Shown here in pieces: positions 12,442 through 23,772 of a DNA stretch of 64,000 nt. How positions within the stretch are numbered: the first letter of the stretch is position 1; each line of letters opens with the position of its first letter. A program made the translations under genes and the position numbers. Origin of the DNA: Oculina patagonica (lineage: Eukaryota); assembly GCF_052425735.1 (NCBI RefSeq), contig NC_135761.1, forward strand, positions 47,368,001-47,432,000. Reading direction: 5' to 3'. The notes below the pieces were generated by a model. That model saw only the letters and a list, made by a program, of their open reading frames with translations. It searched no databases and had not been told where the DNA came from.

Positions 12442-15400
12442 GCTTTCGTAATTGCAGCTTCTTTAACACTGCCACTTTCAAAAGAAGTGACATCTATCTG
12501 TGATAGCGGCTTGTAACCAAGATTCTCTGTTGAAATGATGAGGCATAGGTTTATAACACCATTGAAACTTTATTTAAATGCGAAAATTCCATGTCAGCCA
12601 GATCAGAACTGATTACGCTGTGCGGGTTTTTAGATACCAAGACAAGAACACAGCAGCCCTGATATTATTGAAGGCCTCTACACGTTGGCTTGCTCTTCGA
12701 GGAGATGTCTTAAGTAACGTTCTTGTGACTTCCGTGTCAGCCGGAGCATTATTTGCAACACAAAGTCCAGGTAAGTGCCATCATCTGACAGACCGAGTAT
12801 ATTGGTAGACTTAATACATTGAGACCACCAAGGTTTATTTTATGTTTGTTTAACTGGAAATTGGTGTTAGCTCTGTTTTCGTACTTTTGAAAAGTAACCT
12901 GACCTTTTCCTGTTTTTTATGTACGTAGTCTGTGTATTTAATGTACAGCTTCTTTCCTCAATATTTACCGTCGCTTGCATCTAAGCGTGAACACGAGCCG
13001 CCGAAACATGATCTAATTGGGGATCAAACATGGCATGTTTCGTCATGAAATATTGAAGTTTAGCAGACCGTAACGGCAACTTTCGAGCTCAGAATGCTCG
13101 CCATAACCATTGAGTACAGGCGAAACTTTACACCAGAAGTGATTCAAGTGAACCTGCAAATGCACATCGACACAGATCAAGATCACTTTGTCGGAAGAAG
13201 TCTTCTTACTTTTTATTTCCGACATTTCGAAACGCGGAATTTGTTGAACTTTCGGCGCGAAAGTTGCCGTAACGGTTTGCCAAACTTCAACGTTAAATGA
13301 CGAATCATGCCACGTTTAAATCGAGTAGTGCATGGTCTAGTAACGTGAGACAGCGAAATAGGTTATTTGTGTTTTAGCTTTGGCAGGTATGTCCCTCACC
13401 TTTGCAGCCGAGACATTAGAAGCCTCACAGTATGGCATCCGTGTCGCCTCAGAAACAGAAAATTATATGACCTCAGTAGAAAGAGTGTTCACATACACCG
13501 AAATCGACCCAGAGCCTGGGTACAGCACCGAAACCCTTCCTTCAGAAGAGTGGCCGACAACGGGTACCTTGACACTACGTGACTTGTCATTAGCATATTT
13601 GAAAGGAGCGCCAGCAACTTTGAACAACATAAGCGCCAGTGTCGCTGATAAGGAAAAAGTTGGTGTAGCAGGTCGCACGGGAGCTGGGAAATCGTCTTTA
13701 GTGGCGGCTTTGTTTCGAATGCCAGAACCTGAAGGCGAGGTAATTATATGAGAACTGTTATTTAATATATGGCAAAGCCAGTCTTCTGAGCGTTCTACTT
13801 GGTTCGTTCTTTGTCGGGATTTTGCTAAACGTACCGACAGTTTCTATGGAAACCGTCCAAGCCGTGTACCTTAATGATTCGATTTAGCGCCCTCCTTCCA
13901 ATAAGCGCCCCCTTCCGACCGAATGTGTTTTTGTAAATAAGCGCCCCTATTCCAATAAGCGCCCCCATTCTTATTAGCGCTCCCATTCTTATAAGCACCC
14001 CTATTCTAATAAGTGCCCCTATTGTGGATAACTGGCCCTACTGAAGTCACTGACGTCAACTAGATAAACTCCTGACCGTTCACCGTACAGTTCATGTATA
14101 TATTTACTGTTAAAATGAAGAATTATTTTAAAAGTAACTGAACTTTTGACAATTTCTAACTGTTACAGTTCCTGTTATTATAAGATACATTTGGTTGTTT
14201 CTCAAAAAATTAAATAAGCGTCCTGTCCCGAATAAGCGCCCTGTCTCGAATAAGCGCCCTCCCTTGAGGTGCCAAAAGTAAATAAGCGCCCCGGGCGCTA
14301 AATTGAATCATTACGGTATTTGTTTTTCAAAAGCCTGGAGCAAATGAAAATTTGCAACCAAAACTGCGGAAGGAAATTGTGTTAATACTCTCATTCTTCG
14401 CAAAGAAACCTCCTAAAAGATTGATATTTTACAGAGTTTACAACATGGACCAGGAGGAAAAATATTTACCAACCGACTTTTACTATTCTACAGATCGGGA
14501 AACTTCTTAGACCATTATTCACTTAAAAGTACATTCGCACAATATAACGCTCATTAATAACTTTAACTGTCCTTGATATGCTTCTGGTTTAATACCATAA
14601 CTGAGAGAATTCTCGCACGCTGATTGGGCCCAAAGTTACGGTTAATGAGGGTATAGACCATGAAAGAGACATCAGATCATGCCACGCACACTCGCGGGCC
14701 TTAAATGTGCAAGTTTCGTTTCCATGAATAAAAGCGAATTTCATTTTGTTTTGTTTGAATCAAGTACGCATTTGTTTTCGGAATTTAGGATTGGACTTTT
14801 ACTCAGGTGATTTGTCGAAAGAAAATTTAAAAGACTTTGAATTTTTTGTCAAACTGAGAAGAACGGTGCTAGCGAACCGGTAGCGGACTTAGCGAACTGT
14901 CGACGTTCAGTGAACAAGCGCTAACAAAATCTTCAGAAAGAACAATCATCTTGCTCTCTTTTAGCGATAGGCACACACTCGACGAGAGAATAAAAGGTAA
15001 TTAAAATTGTTAATCTTTGAATTCTTATTCATCTTCTTTTGCATCATTGTCGTTTTAACGTGTCGGGAATTTTTACGTCTGCCCCGGCAAAGTTTCTTCA
15101 CTGACAGGAATCGCTTTTGATAAATACTTGATCGAGTTTGTTATCAGTATAAAACAAATCGACCACATTTTTCCATGTTCTGAGTGGTTCTGATTGGGTA
15201 ACTGTTGTTCTTACCACATTTTGACGTCTTCTGTGATCTAAAAATGAACAGACCCACAGTAAAATGGAATGTATTTGTTTTATACAATAACACAACAGTA
15301 AGTACACTTATATGCCGCTTCCGGTGAACTAAAGTTGTTACGTTTTCGTTTCATGAGAACGTTTTCCGTAACCATGAAGTACAGCTAAACCGATTTATTT

Positions 15401-18274
15401 AACAAAATAACGGAAAATTAAATCATTAACAAAAAACTGACCTTTATTCCATCTGAAAAATTGTCTTAAACAGTAACCTTTAAAAATAGCGTTCAACCGC
15501 AATTCATGGATTTGCCGTGGCGTCGTCCAACTGTTCAGCATCGGACAAAAACTTTCATGCAGATTTCGATAATTTCTCGAATCATTCACTGTCTACTTCA
15601 AACATCGCTAGAAATCGCGGACATTGAAGTCGGCGAATTTTGATGCATCTTACATTAATCGCTCACGAAACTTGGTAATAGCCGCTGATTCGAAAGCCTG
15701 ACTTTGGGCTCATATACATCTACGATGATACACAAAAATGCGGCCTACACAGAGAAATATTTTGTGAAGTAAGAAAACCACTGGTCAAAAATATTCCTGA
15801 TAATAAAACTGGAGCAAAAGATCTTTCAAACGATGGCTTTTGCGGCAAAATTGGAGCAAAGACGGCTGAAATATCGTAGCTCAAAGACAGCGGATTTTGG
15901 GATTTCAACGTGGACTGCCGCCGTGTGTTTACAGTATGCGTTTTTTTGTGGTTTTCTAACGGCAAAGATACAAATGAAATCTAATCGGAAGGAGATGAAA
16001 ATCGTTTGGTGAGTTAGATTCATGTATAGTTTTATCAAATCTGCTTGCACATTTTTTCGATCACATTCAGTTTGCCGATAATCTCTGTTTATAAACTTTG
16101 AGTTTTCGGTTTTCGCCATACATTCCTCCTCTACGCCTTATAATTTTGGTCTCAAATACTGTTCGCAGAAAACGTTCATGAATACAAATGAAATTCGAAG
16201 CGCACTTCAATTCTGTACAATGTTTTCTTAATACACCAGTCTATTGTGTTCCGCTGCAAATTTTACATTTTTAATTTTAAGAAATATTTAATAAAACATT
16301 TCATTCTCCATACATTTTCTTTGTAATCCTTGCGTTCGCTTCTACGGTCAATGTACCGCAGGACATACTATTCGCGGACTCGGAGGTCCGCGATTTCTGG
16401 AGATGCTTGTTTAGCCTAGTTAAACTTTAATGTTTCGAACGGGTAACGATTTTTGGCGGAGTGTTTCTTACTGTAGATTTATAATCAGACTGAACTTTTT
16501 AGTTTTGTTGTCGGGCCCCGCGAGTTGTGAATCACTTTGCCGACAACACTGATTTGGACTATGAACTCTGATCACGCGCGCGAGTCACCATACACTGACG
16601 TTATTTATGCGTCTGTACTCTAATNNNNNNNNNNNNNNNNNNNNNNNNNNNNNNNNNNNNNNNNNNNNNNNNNNNNNNNNNNNNNNNNNNNNNNNNNNNN
16701 NNNNNNNNNNNNNNNNNNNNNNNNNNNNNNNNNNNNNNNNNNNNNNNNNNNNNNNNNNNNNNNNNNNNNNNNNNNNNGTTTACTGGTGGCCCAGTAGTTT
16801 ACAATATGGCCCTCCCTAATTAATTACATATTACATACTTTAATCGGTTATTGTATAAACTCTCATAGACCATAGAAATGACGCCATCGGATAAAATGTC
16901 CAAAACTTTGCAGTGAAACCACTCGCCTAACGGCTCGTGATTCCACTTGAGTTTTGTACATTTTCTGACGTCATTTCTATAGTTAATAAGAGTGTAGACC
17001 ATTGCAAAATGTGGTCGATTGTTAAAAGGAATCAAAAACAGTAAGCGATATCTTGAACACTGCCATTGCGAGTCGGCGTTTATTTCTGATTGAAAAGCAA
17101 GTTAAAAAGTTTAAAAACTCGGCAGAAAACCGCAGAATAACTCAAACCAATCTTTACTTGAAAAGGAAACTACAATTGTTTTCCAGCAGCAAAGAAATAG
17201 TGGTCATTTAGAAGTTTTAATATAAAATGTCCTGTCAACTGAACTGCCACTTTGGAATATGCTTTACATTCAACTGAGCGAGTTTCGCTCAACGAAGACA
17301 AACTTAAATTCACTTCACCGCCTGGATTCTTTTTTGAGCAATTTCTCTTCAACTAGCTGAGAAGACCAAGAATTTGCTTCTCCGTTCAGTCCTTCGACCA
17401 TTTTGTCGTTATAAAGCGCAAAAGCAGTTTTCAATTGCAGATGGAAGCGTCTCGACTCAAATTAAAGGGAGCTTGAAGTGATGCCAGCTTGTGCCAGCCA
17501 GCAAGAAAACGGCGCGAACAGTTGAATGGTCTTCTGTCCTGATTGGCTGGCTTCGTTATTTTCTTGTTTCTGATTGGCCCACGGCAGCAGGCTAAAATAT
17601 ATTTTAGCCCGCTGAATTCTCCATTTTAGCCCGCAAAATACGCCTCAATGCCCGATGAAATGATTATAATATCATTTTGACAAGTTTGTTTATTCTTTAT
17701 ACAGGTTATCATAGATGGTGTGAACATCAAGGATCTAAATCTACAGGCGTCTCGCAGGTCCATGGCCGTAATAACTCAGGATCCTGTCCTCTTTAGCGGC
17801 ACCCTCAGGAAGAACCTGGACCCTTTCTCTTTGTATCAAGATCTTGATCTGTGGCGTGCTTTGGAAGATGTTCAGTTGAAGACCCTGATACAACAACTAC
17901 CTGACCAGCTGGAGTACAAGTTGAGAGAGTCTGGAAACAACTTCAGTGTTGGTGAGCGGCAATTGCTGTGTTTAGCCCGTGCGCTGTTACAAAGAAGCAA
18001 GATTATAATCCTGGATGAAGCCACTGCTAATGTAGATTTCAAGACCGACAGACTGATTCAAGAAGTTATACGCAACAGATTTAAAGATTCCACAGTAGTA
18101 ACCATTGCTCATCGATTGAATACCATCATGGACTATGACAAAGTGTTGGTTATGGAGCAGGGACGAGTTGTTGAATTTGACAAACCTGAAGTTTTGCTTC
18201 AGGATAAGAACGGTGTCTTTGCTCGTCTTGTTCAGACTTATAGTGCGACTGTCTCTAAAGAACATTTTCCATGA
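4768..18274 (+). CDS. ABCC4: ABCC4/MRP4-like ABC exporter, copy A (7 coding exons, 1295 aa)
   Basis: Exons 4768-5283, 8551-8930, 9600-10951, 11688-12258, 12634-12770, 13378-13739 and 17705-18274 total 3888 nt with matching phases. Architecture is TMD1-NBD1-TMD2-NBD2 without TMD0. NBD1 has GPVGSGKT/LSGGQRAR/LLDDPLSAVD; NBD2 has GRTGAGKS/FSVGERQ/ILDEATA; TMD2 has FFDTNPVGRILNRFSKD. An in-frame TGA lies upstream of the ATG. An N gap lies in the last intron. The symbol is family-level, not proven orthology. Confidence 0.92.
5929..6730 (+). mobile_element. Penelope-like element 3' fragment (GIY-YIG endonuclease and pLTR)
   Basis: IPYIKGT...AIYKIKCYDCQASYIEET.RNLTTRLTEY...HHRLTNHKIDWD...RLTLESWY is a decayed GIY-YIG domain. 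A hammerhead-like remnant lies at 6634-6671. Confidence 0.88.
7674..8050 (+). mobile_element. Gypsy LTR retrotransposon 5' fragment (LTR, PBS, start of gag)
   Basis: TG..CA LTR at ~7674-7833; PBS TGGCGACGAGGACGGGATT at 7835 (tRNA-Ser(GCT)-like); gag N-terminus FD...WKKWLQSF..F..AKGV.NDAQKKALLLH.AG. Confidence 0.8.
8087..8337 (+). mobile_element. Foldback tRNA-derived short element with 13-bp flanking direct repeat
   Basis: TAAGCCACACTAT at 8074-8086 and 8338-8350; box A TAGCTCAGATGG and box B-like GGTTCCAGTCC; inverted outer arms. Confidence 0.7.
12379..12441. repeat. (AAT)n microsatellite, about 21 units
   Basis: Direct reading of the sequence. Confidence 0.95.
13869..14316. mobile_element. 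Tc1/mariner-pogo-type MITE with AATAAGCGCCC subterminal repeats
   Basis: TIRs CCTTAATGATTCGATTTAGCGCCC and GGGCGCTAAATTGAATCATTACGG with a TA TSD. The copy B intron (~24652) has the empty site with a single TA. Confidence 0.85.
16625..16777. other. Assembly gap (153 N) in the last intron of copy A
   Basis: Run of N. Confidence 0.99.
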
Positions 18275-19427
18275 ACCAGTAAACTACTGGAAAAACTTCT
18301 TATACTTAATGATACAGATGATTGAATTTCTAACAGGACCTCAAGTAAAAGTATTTGGTCAAGGTTTCTCAACGCCCTTAAATAGACATCTGCCAAGGTT
18401 TACGGAATTTAGATAAACAGGTATTACAATTTGGGAAACGGAAAACATGTAGTCCACAGGACGCGCGCGCAAGAGGACAAAAACTCGCCCAAATTAATGG
18501 CGAATTCAACTACGACACTGACGATGACGATGACATAATTTTTGTTGGCTTTGACGTCATTTGTCGCCACATGATTTTATTAGATCCGCCATCTTGGATT
18601 TCACAATTCCTTGGAAAGCCAGTTATATTTTCAGAAATTGTATTAAGCAGGGCCATTCTGGATACCAGCCACTGTGCTGAATGGGCCACCCTGCATAAAT
18701 AAAGTTTACCTTACCTTACCTTACCTAACGGAAATTGATGCACAATCAAGCCAAAATGTTTATGGAATGTAAAATTTAAGAAATCGAATAATTTTGCTTT
18801 TAATGGGGCTTTGTCACGGATTTTAACAGATTTTTGAACAGCCAAAATTTATACTTGTGTCATAGGAAACCTAAAAATTATGATCCATTTTTTTAACAAT
18901 TGTTTTATTAAAGCATTTAAACTGTCAACAAGCGTCTTTGCCTGCGGATGGCTAGGATGGAAATGGATTGCAACTTGAAAAATTAAGGCCAAACTTTTCA
19001 AGTTGTTTTCGCACGTCTTCAAAAAAAAATGAGATTTTTTAGCCGCAGTTTGATTTCTATCCGCAAATTAAGGTTACATATGTCATACGTATTAAAAAAA
19101 CAGTTTGCATAGAGGTCAGAGAAACGTTTTTTCTATTAATAAAAAAAAACTTTTAAAAGTGAAAGTATTTAGAATAAAAGTACGTAGACTTAAAAGCATG
19201 AAGACTAAAAGTAAATGAGTTGTTTGCAGACAGTATATAGGGCTCAAATTAAATAAACATTTCATTTGACGAATTTGGAATTTTAATGTGGTCTTGTTGG
19301 CAATAAATTCAACTAATAAACAAGTAAATAGCTGATCCTTTTCTTAAAAACAGTAACTTATTGTAACAATTAAATATGAACAGTATTTTACATTTCATTG
19401 GCCCCTGTTTTTTCGATTAAACGCCTG

Positions 19428-19666
19428 GGCCCGGTTGTTAAAAGCACGATTAAGCTAATCCAGGATTAGCGTGAATTTTGAATTCAATTTTAAAACATTT
19501 CTTTGAGGTTTTCTTTTTATATTCTTTGTCCCCCAGTTTTGACGTGGACCAATCTCAAATTTCACAAAGCATTAGCTATGGAAAAGCCTTCAAAAGAAGA
19601 GAAATTAAAACCTCGATCATCTCTTAATCCTTGGTTAGCGTTTATCGCCTTTCGAACAACCCGGCC
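19428..19666. mobile_element. PIF/Harbinger-like MITE, nested in an older MITE (~19402-19905)
   Basis: GGCCCGGTTGTT.AAAG and CTTTCGAACAACCCGGCC termini with CTG/CAG flanks. Confidence 0.7.
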
Positions 19667-20283
19667 CAGGGCGTTAATTTTTAACTTAGCCTGATGGACC
19701 CGGCATTTATTTGAATCCTGCAGTTTATTTGAGCCCGGTGTTATTAAGAAAGAGGTTTAAATAATTATTCTTGACAAACATGTATCCGTGTAGTATACCT
19801 ACAGCTTATTATTCTTTAAATAAATACCTGCGGTACCCATTTTCAACTCCACCTTGGAGACCCAGCGTTTATTCGGTTCCCGATTTTTAATCGAGAAAAT
19901 ACGGTGTACATATTTATCCAAACATTATTAAAGAAACTCTTCATTAGTCTACAAAAATTAATGCTATAACCCATCCTTTCAAAATTGTTGAATCTTCATG
20001 CAATGCAGAAATGCTTGCGACAAGTCAAATCAACATAACAACAGCAACAATGTTTATAGTCTTTGATGATTTTCTCAGGATCTTAAATCCATAAACCTTT
20101 TATGTAACTAGGAGCTTACATGTGTAACATAAATTGGATATAGCTTTTCTTAAATTTTCTTCGAAAAATACAGACCAAGATTTAGTGCTTACTATTAAAT
20201 AAGCTTCCCCACTGATCCCCATTCCAAAAGAATAAATGAAAATCAGGGTATGAAGGTGTGTAGTATTGCAGTGCAATACATAC

Positions 20284-20587
20284 TAGTTACGCAACGCTTT
20301 CGAGTGGTATACTATGGAATATCCCACGAGTCACTTGTATTTTCTCGGTATACACACGAGCCTTTAGGCGAGTGTGTATACGAAGAAAATACAAGTGACA
20401 AGTGGGATATTCCATAGTATACCACGAGAAAGTGTTGTGTAACTATTTTATACCATGCCATAGAAAATACGCTCACTAAATTTCATCGAGAATAAGATCG
20501 CAGCGCACGATGGGAAGGTTGGCCGTCGAATATGCAACGGCTTTCCTGTATTCTGATTGGCTGTATTTTCTATGGCATGGTATAAAA
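20284..20587. mobile_element. Non-coding A..A'B..B' inverted-repeat element
   Basis: Hairpin at 20284-20445, plus a perfect 25-bp pair at 20446-20470 and 20563-20587. It is absent from the paralogous site near 34940. Confidence 0.8.
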
Positions 20588-20660
20588 TGCTATATAATTT
20601 GATGTAATGTTGCAGAGAAAAATAATGCAGTGGACAACAGTACGTGCCTCTTCACATTGA

Positions 20661-21980
20661 AGCAATAGAGGACTTTTTTCCGTGTTTACAAAGCCCCATC
20701 CAAACACGAGAGGGGATGGGAGAATTCGAGACAGTTATGCAAAGGTTTGTACAATTTTCGAGAATTCTCCCAACCACCCGAGTGTTTAGATGAGGCTATG
20801 TAAACACGGAAAAAAGTCCTCTATTGCTTTTATAAAATATTTCACGAAAATATTCCAACAAAAGAGGGTATTTTGTTTATTTACTTCTTGGTTGAAATAG
20901 ATTTCTCAAAACGCGTATCTGACAACAAATGAACCAATCAAAATTCGCGTTATAAGAAAATTTATTTCAAGCGCCATCGTGCGCCGTGTCAATGAAAGCG
21001 AAAAATGCTCAAATTATATGGTTCTGTAAGGAAAGAACTTCAAGATGAGGAGTTTATTTAAACTAAAAGTGAATGTCACTGTGCTTGATCGCTCTTGAAA
21101 GTGACGTAAACTTGCCTGATTTGGCAGCCCGAGAAGTTGAATCGCTCATCGTGCCTTGTGAAGTTTTGCTGCTTAGGAAACACTGCCAAGTAGCGGATCC
21201 AGCGGGGTCGGTAGCAATGTCTATGCCTTTCTTGTACGGTTTGTTGTTTAGATAGCAATCTTAACCAATCCAGTGTACTTCTACTGTAGTTTCCTCCATC
21301 TTTGTTATGTGCCTCAAGCGTAGAATAACCTCAAATGTCATCAAATTCTGCTTTGGTTTTCTGATAAATATCTCCATTAGTAGGGCCCTTGCCGAAGCCC
21401 ATTTTGAATGAAAAAAGTTCACGACTATCATTGCCAATGTAATAATAGGTTTTTTACGCTGAAAACATCTTTGACGGCAAAAAGGTAGCAACCGATCGGC
21501 CGTGCAAAGTTTGATTTTCAATATTTTCAGTCTGTAGCACATAATTTCGTGTGCGTTTTCCTGTATTTTTTTCAAATAAAGAATATCTTATAGCGAACTT
21601 TATTGTAGTACTTTAATGTAAGAATTAATTTGAAAAATGTTTACTGCGTATTTTGTTGCATATTTTTTCGTTCGCCTGAGCTCCCTCGACTAGCTCGAGG
21701 TCGAAACAGCCAAAGGGCTGTGGCTCTTCTTTCTTTTGCTTTTTTCCCTGGACTAATGGGGGAAAAGATAGCCAAACCCAAATCAAAATTTGGTATATTT
21801 CTTATTCATTTGTTAAATATTTGTACTTGAAATTACTTTACGAGTCTTTCGAAAGCTTTGAAATGTTTTCAAATTGTGCTGGGAACAGACAGGGTGACGT
21901 CACAACCATGTTTACATACTCTCATCTAAACTCACCTATCGACCAATAAGAACGAGCGCACTATCTTAAATATTTTATAA
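20661..21980. mobile_element. Non-coding A..A'B..B' inverted-repeat element (~1.3 kb)
   Basis: Hairpin at 20661-20829, plus TTATAAAATATTT (20830) and AAATATTTTATAA (ending 21980). It is absent from the paralogous site near 35010. Confidence 0.78.
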
Positions 21981-22494
21981 AATGTTCTATTAACAGTTAA
22001 TCTGGACATCAGCATACAAGGGGGGCTGCTCTCAAATAAAATAAATAATACTGCAAGGGTATTAAATGACTTTTGCCCTCGTTTCTTTTTTTAGATATCA
22101 CTTTTGCAAAATGTTGAAAGTAAGAACATAAAACGGGTTTGGTGACAATATATATTTGATTTTAAATAGATAAAATATGGACTATGTGGAGTTGTACTTT
22201 TCTGTGCAAAAAGAAATGTATGCAGGTACAAAATATGACTGTGCATACATATGGCTGTGATGTTTCTCGCTACATTTTGTTATTTTTCAGTTTCCAAAAA
22301 CAAGCAAATGCAAAGGTGTTTTAAGTCCGGCTGCAAATGTCTAAGTGCAAAGAAGGGAATTTGTGAGCTGTTTTTTTTTTTTTTTTTTTTTTTTTTTGGG
22401 TTGGGGGTGGGGGGGGGGGTGATGTCGTGAGACTTCTTAATTTTTCATACATGAGGTATAAATCAAACTTAACTTATTTTTTTAAGTTAAAAAA

Positions 22495-22565
22495 AGTCGA
22501 GACCAAGAGGATTCGAACCCGGGTCGCCGGCATGCCGAGCGGTAGCGATATCCACTAAGCCACCG
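22495..22565 (-). mobile_element. tRNA-derived SINE head
   Basis: On the minus strand: GGTGGCTTAGTGG...CCCGGGTTCGAATCC followed by a T-run. Confidence 0.6.
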
Positions 22566-22571
22566 ACGACC

Positions 22572-23238
22572 TAATCTCGTTCCAAGATCTCGCGGGCGAA
22601 GCCGAAGGCGAGATCTGGTGAAATCCGATTTGTGCCGATTGGTTGGAGTGCATTACATTAAAAATCTCAATGCCCTTACAAGTAAAAATATTTAAAATTA
22701 CAATGTCTGTATTTTATGCAAATTATAGATCATGCACGCAATCATAATATATTCATTTTTGGGACGTTTCGTTGTTTACAGTCGGCCTCAAAAGACAAGA
22801 AGATTCGTTTTAGTTCTATTTCAAACGAATAACGATGTTTAAAAACAGAGAATCTGCCGTTAGAATATTTACGTTTGATTACGTGACCGGATCAAATTTG
22901 CATAAAATGTCTCAGCTCAGACATTGCATGTAACCGCCGAATGAACAATTTTTTTAAATCAAATAAATATTTTTACCCGACCTAAAGCCTTCATGATTGC
23001 CTTTTGCTTAGTAAAATACTCTGCTAGATATTATTCCAGGAAAGACGAGAATGGTAAAGCATTCGTTATTCATATAGTTGAGGATTGGGTATTTATTTGA
23101 TTGCCATTTTCTTAGAATTGTCTAGGGCATGCGCAATTGAGTCGCCTGCCACATTCCTGACAGGCAATCACGTGGTACAAATCGGATTTGACCAGATCTC
23201 GCCTTCGGCTTCGCCCGCGAGATCTTGGAACGAGATTA
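22572..23238. mobile_element. MITE with ~65-bp TIRs
   Basis: TAATCTCGTTCCAAGATCTCGCGGGCGAAGCCGAAGGCGAGATCTGG.. and its reverse complement at the other end. The interior (22925-23085) is related, inverted, to 5395-5560. Confidence 0.85.
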
Positions 23239-23772
23239 TAACCGCAGTGCTTGTTAGGCTAACCGCAGTGCTGTTTAGTCAGAGTATTCTACATGAACTG
23301 ACTGTTACGTGGTATAAATATGTCATGAGGTGTCTCGCTATTGTCTCACTACACGTCTCGCATATTTAGCACAAGCAAAAAAGCTACAAACTATATACCC
23401 TGTGGTATCTACCCTACCCTACACTGAAAAAAACATTGGAATAGGCATAAAAACTAGCCTATTCCCCTCTTCCTTCTCCTCTTATTACCTTTGACATAAT
23501 CTGTTGCAATAGGCCAATTCCTAGGTGCCCTTAGCCTTTCCTTTGAGTATCTAATTTTATAGTCTTTGATGTGAAAATCATTACTTTTCTCATGCACATT
23601 AAACCAGTTTTTGCACTTGCCCTCATTATGAAAGTGAGGGTTTTGTCTACCTAGGAAATGGCCTATGCAGCTTCCCATAACCTCTAAAAGTTTAGGTTTT
23701 GGGCTTGCAAAATCAGTCATGGTATAAATTCAATTCTCGGTATCATTTACTTCAACAAAGTTCTTCTTTCAG

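Larger units (their letters stand above)
20185..23770. repeat. 3' flank of copy B, paralogous to the 3' flank of copy C (34845-35714 plus 42309-42630)
   Basis: Colinear blocks such as CTGATCCCCATTCCAAAAGAATAAATGAAAAT, CTGGACATCAGCATACAAGGGGG, CTACCCTACCCTACACTGAAAAAA and CAATTCCTAGGTGCCCTTAGC. Confidence 0.85.

Noticed and set aside
13885-14295. Repeated AATAAGCGCCC motifs resembling a CRISPR array
   Set aside because: The repeats are short and irregularly spaced, lie within MITE TIRs in a eukaryotic intron, and there are no cas genes.
15300-16620. Probable DNA-transposon interior next to the gap
   Set aside because: No termini, TSD or coding motif could be identified, and it is cut by the N run.
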